This document shows positions 9,597 through 17,664 of a stretch of DNA of 32,000 nucleotides, one piece after another (the first letter of the stretch is position 1; every line of letters starts with the position of its first letter). The position numbers and the translations under genes were made by a program. The stretch covers positions 149,921 to 181,920 of the forward strand of contig NZ_LMVM01000023.1 of assembly GCF_002287175.1 (NCBI RefSeq). Reading direction: 5' to 3'. The stretch is from Methanobacterium bryantii. Its GTDB lineage: Archaea > Methanobacteriota > Methanobacteria > Methanobacteriales > Methanobacteriaceae. The notes under the pieces were generated by a model that did not search any database, was not told the origin of the DNA, and saw only the letters and a program-made list of their open reading frames with translations.

Positions 9597-10295
9597 GTGA
9601 AAATCATGGCAGAAAGCACTTGCGAAGTAGAAGGATATGATATGATATCTAAAGAACTTAAAGAAAGACTCGGTTTAGACAAATCTCCAGTAGCAATAAA
9701 ATTCGTTTTAAGGGAAGAAGACATTCCAGAGGGAATAGAAAAAATAGACGAAAACATAAGGCACTGCGAAATGGTCCAAAGGGCAGCTCAGGGCGCCATG
9801 TTCTATGCAACAAACGATGAGCAGATGTGTAAAGGTGGAGCATCTGCTATTGGACTTATGGAAGCTCCAGAGAAGATAAAAACAGGTGAATTTTACCAGA
9901 GCCTTGGAAGGTTCTCCAGCCTTGGAGCTGCAAAGCGTACACTCGAGGAAATACCAAAAATAGACCCTATGATGAAAGCTGTAATCTACGCGCCTTTAGA
10001 AGACATTAAATATAGTCCAGATGTAATTGTAATAATATGTACACCTGTTCAAGCAATGAAACTTGCTCAAGCTATGGTCTATACTCGTGGAGGTAAAGTA
10101 GAAGCAAGCTTTTCAGGAATTCAATCTATATGTGCTGATGCTGTGGCCGGTCCGTTCACTAAAAATACCGCAAATATAACCATGGGATGCAGCGGTTCAA
10201 GGGGATATGCAGATATAAAAGAAGATGAGGTAATTGTCGGTATGAACGGTGAGAATATAGGGTGCGTTGTAAATGCACTTGTATCCATGAAATAA
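9597..10295 (+). CDS. DUF169-like protein
   Basis: Contains KSPVAIKF, HCEMVQRA, a Cys-containing central block and a C-terminal GCSGSRGY. This pattern is recalled for DUF169. The likely start is the ATG at 9606. Confidence 0.7.
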   Translation: MKIMAESTCEVEGYDMISKELKERLGLDKSPVAIKFVLREEDIPEGIEKIDENIRHCEMVQRAAQGAMFYATNDEQMCKGGASAIGLMEAPEKIKTGEFYQSLGRFSSLGAAKRTLEEIPKIDPMMKAVIYAPLEDIKYSPDVIVIICTPVQAMKLAQAMVYTRGGKVEASFSGIQSICADAVAGPFTKNTANITMGCSGSRGYADIKEDEVIVGMNGENIGCVVNALVSMK

Positions 10296-10325
10296 TAACT
10301 GATAAATAGGTTAAAGGGGGATTAG

Positions 10326-10526
10326 ATGGCCGAAACAAAAATATTTGAAATATTGGATGAGGCTAAAGAACTGGATGCAAAAATAGCAAAATATAAAGAT
10401 GTGGCAGATCAGGACATGATGATGGTCTGGATGGACAACATACTGAAACTGGTAACCAAGCTTGGAAAAGCAGAGGAAGAACTGCAGGAACGATTTGAGA
10501 TGTTAGAAGACAGTTTAGAAAAATAA
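10326..10526 (+). CDS. Small acidic coiled-coil-like hypothetical protein (66 aa)
   Basis: A strong Shine-Dalgarno sequence (AAGGGGGA) lies 5 nt before the ATG. The ORF follows the DUF169 gene by 30 nt on the same strand. Confidence 0.5.
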   Translation: MAETKIFEILDEAKELDAKIAKYKDVADQDMMMVWMDNILKLVTKLGKAEEELQERFEMLEDSLEK

Positions 10527-10564
10527 ATTTACTTTTTTTATTTTTCTCTAATGTTTCAATCCAT

Positions 10565-11373
10565 TTCAAAATAATGATTAATTATACTTCTTTTTAATAT
10601 CAACATCACTTCATCCACTAACATGCCCTCATTAGATTCAGCAGCTGATCTTTTAACAGTTTCAAGATGATACAAGACATGCTTAACTATTCTTTCTTTT
10701 TCTGTTTTATCCTGATTTTCATCCAAATACCACTTGTAATCCCTAACTACTCTTAAACCCGCTCTGAATATCCCCTAATCATATTTCACCAATGAAGCAT
10801 TCATGATATAAATAATTGGTGGTATTGGGTCATCTTTTTCTATTAGTTTCCCATCTGCACTGGCAGCTGCCAAAATACTTTTCTCAGTAATTCTTTCTGT
10901 AAGTTTACCAATTACAGCAGAAGGTTTCAGAAGGTCCAAAATATTCCGTATATAAGGTATCAAAGCTATAAATGCAAACATGCTGATGTAGTATGCAAAA
11001 AGAATATAATTTTCAAGGTGAAATCCTGCTTTGAGTGTCAACTATGAGTTTCAGTAAAGTTACACAGTATGCTATGGCAAAAATGTAAACCACAATCAAA
11101 ACCCAGAGGTCTGGAGTTCTCTTGAATATATCAATTACTTGGAGAAGACGATGCAGCAAGCTGCACTGCTACTAGACTTAAAGTAACGACTATAGCTAAA
11201 TAGTAGCTTCGATTTCAATAAAAGAACTTAATATATAACGGGCACTGTCTATACCTGTATAAAGTAGCTTAAAATGATAAAAGAAGATATGAAACCAGTG
11301 TAACCATTACAAAGATAACTAAATAAATCGTCAATCCACGCAGCCAATCATTTTAAAATGAAACATTAAGCAC
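10565..11373 (-). pseudogene. Decayed, truncated paralogue of the adjacent 528-aa membrane protein
   Basis: It shares the start context GTGCTTAAT with the intact gene at 13006. Fragments align to the intact protein across several frames: LAIVVTLSLVAVQLAASS vs IAIVITLTLVVLQLTASS, VIDIFKRTPDLWVLIVVYIFAIAY vs VIDIFEDSPSIWLIVGIYIIAIGY, the track ORF 10775-11041, and IVKHVLYHLETVKRSAA vs VVKHIFTHLERVGKLAA. There are multiple stops, and the C-terminal repeat region is missing. Confidence 0.65.
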
Positions 11374-11419
11374 CATATATTATTATAGTTCATTATAAAG
11401 CACTTTCTTTTCTCTAAAC

Positions 11420-13006
11420 TCAATCTAATTTTTTTTTATACCTTACCTTCTCTCCATCATGAATACTTTTTTCCTTTATTATTTTGTTAATCTTTTCTAA
11501 GGAAGACTGAGCGGCTAAGCTTGTTTCTTTAACTTCCAGTTCTTTTGCTCTTTTTCTTATATTTTCAAGGGATTCTTTGGCATGTTTTAATATACTATGG
11601 GCAGCTAAAACGCTTAATTCACTCCATACAGCTATTCTTCCAATTTCCCACAAATATTCAGCCACGTCATTTGTATTTTTGCTAAATTCAGATTCTAAAG
11701 CAGCTGTGCCCAAATTAGAGAGATAATTCACTATCCTTATGGTAGTCTTAGGGAGATCATTTCTTGCCGTATATCTTCCCATATTCCCCATGGAATTTAC
11801 TGCACTGGAAACCGACTGCTCCAATTTTTGAGTTATTGCCAACTTCCCAATTCCGTAGATAGTTCCCCCCATCCAAACTGTTTCTTCCAATCCACGTTGA
11901 GCATGTTTAGCTGCATCTATAGCAATAATTCCCAGTGAATTAACCGCTACGCTGGTTGCAAAATCAAGTTCATTTTGAGCAGTCCATCTGCCAATTTCCC
12001 CTATTAAATCAGTTGCCGCTGCTCTTATATCAACCATTTCTCGATTTATAGCCAGTCTAGCAATATTTTTAATGGAATTAACTGCTTCACCCACCACGCT
12101 CTCAATCTTATTTTCCATGGCCGTTTTTCCAATTAAATAGATAGTAATTACTACTTCCATAACAGAATCTTCGTCATCACGGCTTGCTGCTAACTTTCCA
12201 ACCCTTTCCAGATGAGTAAATATGTGCTTTACTACTATACCCTCTTCCCGCTCAAATTTTCCATTTTTAAGTGTAGCCATCATATAATTTTCAAGTACAT
12301 TCAATCCATACCTCATTGTTCCATAATCGTATTTCATCATTGAGCTGTGTATAATATCAATTACAGGTTGAACTGGATCACTTTCAGTGTCAATAACCGG
12401 TCTCATTATATCTGAATAAATGTAAGAATAGCTAATATCATTTGAATCAGCACCAACAATTTTTTCAGATTCTTGAACACCGGCTAAAATGTTTTCATTT
12501 GTTATCCTTTCAGCAAACCTATCTACTACTGTTGAAGACTTCATAATCTCAAGAGACCCTAACAAATAAGGTATTAAAGCACCAAATGCAAAAATACCAA
12601 GAAAATAAGCAACCCAAACACTAATCTCAAAATTTAAAATACCACTTGCATGAATAGCATCTATAGCATTTAAAACTGTTAATCCATAGCCAATGGCAAT
12701 AATATAAATTCCCACAATCAGCCAGATTGATGGAGAATCCTCAAATATATCTATAACCCTAGTTGAATAAGAAGAAGCAGTTAACTGGAGAACAACGAGT
12801 GTTAATGTTATGACTATAGCTATGACGGTGGCTTCACTTTCAACAAGAGTAGACAAAACAAATCTAGTGCTTTCAATAGATTTATAGATGAATGCGGGCG
12901 AGAAATAATACAAAATAAAAGAGGATATCAGTATTAAAGAACCTGAAACCAAGAAATATATTCTTAAACTCCGGGATAATCTAGCTAAGAAGAACAAATT
13001 AAGCAC
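11420..13006 (-). CDS. Multi-pass membrane protein with a C-terminal alpha-helical repeat domain, family not recognised
   Basis: The N-terminal ~160 aa contain several hydrophobic helices. The C-terminal part holds about 8 degenerate ~23-aa repeats of the type IG..A....L......AVNS. The start codon is GTG. Confidence 0.7.
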   Translation of the reverse strand: MLNLFFLARLSRSLRIYFLVSGSLILISSFILYYFSPAFIYKSIESTRFVLSTLVESEATVIAIVITLTLVVLQLTASSYSTRVIDIFEDSPSIWLIVGIYIIAIGYGLTVLNAIDAIHASGILNFEISVWVAYFLGIFAFGALIPYLLGSLEIMKSSTVVDRFAERITNENILAGVQESEKIVGADSNDISYSYIYSDIMRPVIDTESDPVQPVIDIIHSSMMKYDYGTMRYGLNVLENYMMATLKNGKFEREEGIVVKHIFTHLERVGKLAASRDDEDSVMEVVITIYLIGKTAMENKIESVVGEAVNSIKNIARLAINREMVDIRAAATDLIGEIGRWTAQNELDFATSVAVNSLGIIAIDAAKHAQRGLEETVWMGGTIYGIGKLAITQKLEQSVSSAVNSMGNMGRYTARNDLPKTTIRIVNYLSNLGTAALESEFSKNTNDVAEYLWEIGRIAVWSELSVLAAHSILKHAKESLENIRKRAKELEVKETSLAAQSSLEKINKIIKEKSIHDGEKVRYKKKLD

Positions 13007-13249
13007 CAGTATACTATCTAGTTTTAATGTTTAAAATAATAATTTTATTACAGAAAGTAATTTAACCAGAAATGTTTTTTTCCAAGATATTAAAGTGATT
13101 ATCAAGTTTATTGATGTTTAAAAGTTTCACATCATATAAAAACTCCATAAAATGTAATCTTCAATTTGACTATAAGATCCTGCTCTTACCTTTTTAAAAT
13201 ATTTTAAGCATCATGTAAAAAAAAATAAATCTAAAATATGGGGAGAAGA

Positions 13250-14077
13250 TTAGTCCCTCAAGCCCAATTCAGTTACTTTCTTCTCAACATCAGTCTTGTC
13301 TGGAATAAGGTAATATATTCCATTAACACGCTGGCTTTTCCCAGTAATTATCTCAGTCGGAGCATCATTTATGTCAAAATCCAGAAGAAGTTTTCCAAGC
13401 CTTACTGAGTCATAAATAGGAACATTTGTATGTGTATTTTCACTCAACTGGCTTAAAATAGATGGCAATTTAGGTAAATTAGAAGTTTCTAATGACTCCC
13501 TGATAATTTCTGCAATAATCTTTTGATGTCTCTGCACCCTTCCAATGTCTCCTTTACTGTCCTGTCTAAAACGCGCGTAAAGCAACGTTTGATCTCCATT
13601 AAGTTTATGTACGCCTGCAGGTGCTAATTCCGGCCGGTAATCAGCGATTTGTGGTTCGACATTGACATTAATTCCGCCCAGAGCATCCACAATACTTTTG
13701 AACTCTTCAAAGTCTATCACAACATAATAATCTATATGTACGTTCAAGAAATTTTCTACAGTAGTGGTTGTCAAGTTAATTCCACCATAACCATAGGCAG
13801 CATTGATCTTATCCATACCATGTCCCGGTATATCTACTTTACTATCCCTCGGAATAGAAAGAAGGGAAACTTTCTTTGTCTTCTTATCAATGGAAAGAAT
13901 TGTTATAGAGTCCGTATTACCCGAATAAATTGAATTTTGAGCATCTCTACCCAACAATAATATATTTATCTTACCACCCGTTTGTTGATCTGTAAGTTCA
14001 AATTCAACCAGGATAACTGCAGTAATTGAAACCAATATCAATATTATAACTATAAGAGCTTTTTGCCACCTTTTCAT
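13250..14077 (-). CDS. LytR-CpsA-Psr (LCP) family protein with an N-terminal membrane anchor
   Basis: Contains NILLLGRD, TDSITILSID, SLLSIPRDSKVDIPG, KINAAYGYGG, IDYYVVIDFEEFKSIVDALGGINV and ARFRQDSKGDIGRVQRHQ. Confidence 0.85.
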   Translation of the reverse strand: MKRWQKALIVIILILVSITAVILVEFELTDQQTGGKINILLLGRDAQNSIYSGNTDSITILSIDKKTKKVSLLSIPRDSKVDIPGHGMDKINAAYGYGGINLTTTTVENFLNVHIDYYVVIDFEEFKSIVDALGGINVNVEPQIADYRPELAPAGVHKLNGDQTLLYARFRQDSKGDIGRVQRHQKIIAEIIRESLETSNLPKLPSILSQLSENTHTNVPIYDSVRLGKLLLDFDINDAPTEIITGKSQRVNGIYYLIPDKTDVEKKVTELGLRD

Positions 14078-14204
14078 TTTAACCCCTCTCGCATATCATA
14101 CTTTAAAATCCGTTAAAGCTTTAAACAGCTTGGTATTTATTTTACAAAGACTTCAAATTATTAAGTCCGTTTATAATTTTTTATTAAAAAACCCAAATAA
14201 TAAA

Positions 14205-14855
14205 TCATTTTCTACATTTTAAATAATCATTATACTTATTTATGTTTAAAAGTTCCATATCATCACGGGGAGGGACCCCATAAAATATAATACGATTTTT
14301 AACCATTTTTCTCAAAATTGGGTTCAAATTATCTTTATTTCCAGTTAAATATTTTTTTAAAATATCTGTGTGGCATGCAAATGGCATTCCAAGACCTTCT
14401 GCACTATCCAAATATCCTGATTTTCCCCTTGCAAGAATTGAAACCGTATTTTGGGGTTCGGGGCTATTGAATATTTTCATTACAATATTTTTAAAAGTTT
14501 CAGATGATACCGTGGGTTGATCTGCTGCAACACAAAGGCAAAAATCATTTTCAGCCTTTTTAACTCCATTTAAAAGAGATTCCGATAATTCAACATTAAT
14601 TTCATGATTTATGACTATTTTAACTCTTTCATCATCAAATTCATCCAGTACGGATATTATTTCATCACTGAAGTGTCCTAAAACAACGATACATTCGTCG
14701 ACACCAGCATTTAACGTATTTTGAAGTGTTTGTAATATTATTGGATTTCCACGAAAATCAAGGAGAAGTTTATGCCGAATTTCCATTCCACGAGATCTAA
14801 AATCTTCCCTCATTCGCCTATTTTTACCTGCCGCAGTTATAATTGCTGATACCAT
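14205..14855 (-). CDS. MobA-like NTP-transferase-domain nucleotidyltransferase
   Basis: The N-terminus has AIITAAGKNRRM (the LAAGxSxRM-type motif), followed by VVLGH and CVAADQP. Confidence 0.7.
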   Translation of the reverse strand: MVSAIITAAGKNRRMREDFRSRGMEIRHKLLLDFRGNPIILQTLQNTLNAGVDECIVVLGHFSDEIISVLDEFDDERVKIVINHEINVELSESLLNGVKKAENDFCLCVAADQPTVSSETFKNIVMKIFNSPEPQNTVSILARGKSGYLDSAEGLGMPFACHTDILKKYLTGNKDNLNPILRKMVKNRIIFYGVPPRDDMELLNINKYNDYLKCRK

Positions 14856-14966
14856 TTAAATCACATTAATATTACAAACCAGTTAGTTATTCCATTAAAC
14901 ACGGAATATAAAATTTAAAAGTTATAAATAATAGAAAAAAAGGAAATTTAAAATTATTCCTTTAAA

Positions 14967-16136
14967 TCAATTAGGAACAAGTTCAATAACCTTAGTATAT
15001 ATGTTCATACTAGTTCCAGACCCTTCAGTCCACATTAATATCTTAATTGGGTAATCCTTAGTATTTGTAACTGTTATACCAGTAGCAGGGTTATAACCTA
15101 ATTTTACAGCATATTCCCCTGACTGCATGCCAACTGGGAGTCCCAATCCGGCATCAAATAGTGCACCTCTCAGCGACCTTGCTGCAGGGCAAACACCATG
15201 AGTTACCCATCCAGCTGAAACAGTTGTATCAGAAACTCTTTCAAATCCTACTGTTTCCTTTCCTGATGAAGTTGTGTGTGGTGGAATTATAGTTCCATTC
15301 CATGCTTCTGCAAACGAATGTGCATTATATGCCCTTTTTGCATTATCATACTCAGCATAATAACCAACTGTATCTGCTCCAGTTCCAATGACTTTTTGGG
15401 TTACAGAACTATTATAAGCAAGTATTGGCAATCCTGCAGGATAATTTTCCATGTAATCTAATACATCACTTCCAAATAAGGATTCAATATTTTCAGGCGT
15501 GACCAAATTCCTTCCATCGTTGAACTTTGAAATTGCATAATCTAAAGTTATACTATCTCCAGTGCTGGCGCTTTCATACCAGTCTTTAAGAGTGTTTACG
15601 CTTACATAATCATGAGGCACAGTACCATTATTGATCTGATCGTAAGGCACTACTTTTACAGTGTTTTTTCCTTCTATTATTTTCAAACCATCATTTGTCT
15701 TAACTCCAAAGGTATAAGAAGTTTTATATCCATAAACAAAATTACCAGGGTAAGTAACAGTCAATTTATTATCTGTAACCGCTAAAATTCCAGGACCACT
15801 GAATCCCTGTGCAACTCCTTCTTTTGATATACCAGTACTTGTAAGCTGATCAGTTGGAGTTTTAACTGTACCCGTAACCACCGCATCTATAACATCTAAA
15901 AATTCCATGTTACTTATATAATACCCTAAGTATTCAGGATGATAAAGTAAAGGAACCTTTCTAATTTTACTATCATCTGTAACCTGAGTTCCGACTATAA
16001 CAGTATCGCCTACACTCAAAGAAGTGATGTCTGTTGGTCCCTGTTGTGGACAGTAAGTTCCCACAATATTTCCAAATGGATACATGGCCAGTGCCAGTAA
16101 AATAAGTACAGCTATGTTAATTTTTGAATTTCCCAA
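14967..16136 (-). CDS. Exported or membrane-anchored protein of unknown function (389 aa) in the Mur-ligase operon
   Basis: The N-terminus (M)GNSKINIAVLILLALAMYPFG looks like a signal anchor. The TTG start overlaps the upstream ligase stop by 20 nt. The protein is beta-rich and rich in G, T, Y and N. Its one conserved-looking Cys block is WVTHGVCPAARSLRGALFDAGLG. Confidence 0.7.
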   Translation of the reverse strand: MGNSKINIAVLILLALAMYPFGNIVGTYCPQQGPTDITSLSVGDTVIVGTQVTDDSKIRKVPLLYHPEYLGYYISNMEFLDVIDAVVTGTVKTPTDQLTSTGISKEGVAQGFSGPGILAVTDNKLTVTYPGNFVYGYKTSYTFGVKTNDGLKIIEGKNTVKVVPYDQINNGTVPHDYVSVNTLKDWYESASTGDSITLDYAISKFNDGRNLVTPENIESLFGSDVLDYMENYPAGLPILAYNSSVTQKVIGTGADTVGYYAEYDNAKRAYNAHSFAEAWNGTIIPPHTTSSGKETVGFERVSDTTVSAGWVTHGVCPAARSLRGALFDAGLGLPVGMQSGEYAVKLGYNPATGITVTNTKDYPIKILMWTEGSGTSMNIYTKVIELVPN

Positions 16137-17658
16137 GTATTTCTGAAGAATATTTAACTCCCCCTTCCCCTATTATCAGAATGATATCCTCTTTTTTCGC
16201 TTCATTTATTGCTAAATTTAAGCTCTCTCCCACCTGTACCTTACTTGCGCCTAAAGTTCCTATTTTAGAGCCCTTTTTGCTAGATTCTGTCAATATAACA
16301 TGGTTATTAACATTAATCTTAGATGAAGCTTTTCTACTAGCATTCGATGCTACTACTATAACATCTGCATCTTTTAATATTTTTGCTATTTCTATATCTC
16401 CCTCAATTCCACTTTCAGAGGATACAGTATTTACAACGATTAATCTTGAGGTTTCTGGTTTTTCTCGGATTAAAGTTTGAATTATTGCTTTAACACCCGC
16501 AGGATTATGGGCATAATCTATTATTACCTGCTTCCCAATATCAACTTTCTGAAATCGGCCTTTTACACCTTCAAAAGTCTCAATACCCTTAACAATATCA
16601 TTAAAATCAATATTAAGCGCTGTAGCTCCGCTTGCTGCGGCAAGGGCATTGTAAACATTGTGAACACCTGCCTGTCTGAGTTTAACTTCTGCAGTATTTG
16701 ATCCTATAACAAGTTTAAAAGAGTCATTCTTTACATCAAATGCTTTAACATCAGGTTCGGGGCGTTTAAATCCACAAGAACATTTATAAACTCCAAGATG
16801 ACCCAAATAATGTAATGAATATTCAAGTTTTTTGCCACATAGAGGGCACTCTCTTATTTCAGGATAAGCTTCTATTTCCAAAGCTATATCCTCAATTCCA
16901 TAAAAAAAGATTTTATGAGATGTATCATTACTAAAACCAGTTACTACAGGGTCATCTGCATTGAAAATTAAACAGTTGGCAACATCTACAATCTCTCTTT
17001 TACAGCTTATATAATCCTGGAAGTTATGGGATCCACTTAAATGATCCTTAGAAATGTTGGTTATAATCCCTATGCTTACCTCAGATTTAAGGGCGCAGTT
17101 TTTAATTTCATTAGGATTTCCATGAGTACCTATCTCTAAAACAGCGACATCTCCCTCAAGTCTTGCCTGAAAAGAAGGTGTTAATTCCGTATTTCCCTGC
17201 ATTTTCAGTTTATGTTCAGGAGTTCTATATCCGCTGAGATTTAATATATTTTTAAGCATCCATGTTGTGGTGGTCTTTCCGTTGGTACCTGTTATTCCAA
17301 CCACAGGTTTACTTACTTTACATGTGCTTAAAATCTCATCCACACTTATTATATCTGCGCCTGTAACGCTCTTTATTTTTCCAATCAATTTGTTATTTTG
17401 AAGTAAACTTGGAGCAACTACAATTACATCTGCATTTTTCAGGATGTTTTCGTCATGTTCTCCAAGATTGAGTTTTATCCCCTCTTCTTCAAGGATATTT
17501 ATCTGCGGACTGTCTGTTGAAAGATCAGATACCGTGACGTCAGCACCGTTATCCTTTAAAACCCTTGCCATTAAACTCCCAACAGTTCCGCAGCCACCGA
17601 TAACTACTGCTTTGAATTCTTGTTCTTTCATAAAAATAAATCCGTTTAGCTGGTTCAC
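16117..17658 (-). CDS. Mur ligase family protein (MurD-like Rossmann N-domain, pseudomurein peptide ligase type) with a Cys4 insert
   Basis: Contains VVIGGCGTVGSLMA, the P-loop GITGTNGKTTT, ITNISKDHL, the insert CPLCGK...YKCSCG, NVYNALAAA, GRFQ and IIDYAHNPAG. The start may instead be the ATG at 17631 (MKEQEF). Confidence 0.85.
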   Translation of the reverse strand: MNQLNGFIFMKEQEFKAVVIGGCGTVGSLMARVLKDNGADVTVSDLSTDSPQINILEEEGIKLNLGEHDENILKNADVIVVAPSLLQNNKLIGKIKSVTGADIISVDEILSTCKVSKPVVGITGTNGKTTTTWMLKNILNLSGYRTPEHKLKMQGNTELTPSFQARLEGDVAVLEIGTHGNPNEIKNCALKSEVSIGIITNISKDHLSGSHNFQDYISCKREIVDVANCLIFNADDPVVTGFSNDTSHKIFFYGIEDIALEIEAYPEIRECPLCGKKLEYSLHYLGHLGVYKCSCGFKRPEPDVKAFDVKNDSFKLVIGSNTAEVKLRQAGVHNVYNALAAASGATALNIDFNDIVKGIETFEGVKGRFQKVDIGKQVIIDYAHNPAGVKAIIQTLIREKPETSRLIVVNTVSSESGIEGDIEIAKILKDADVIVVASNASRKASSKINVNNHVILTESSKKGSKIGTLGASKVQVGESLNLAINEAKKEDIILIIGEGGVKYSSEILGKFKN

Positions 17659-17664
17659 TGAAAT

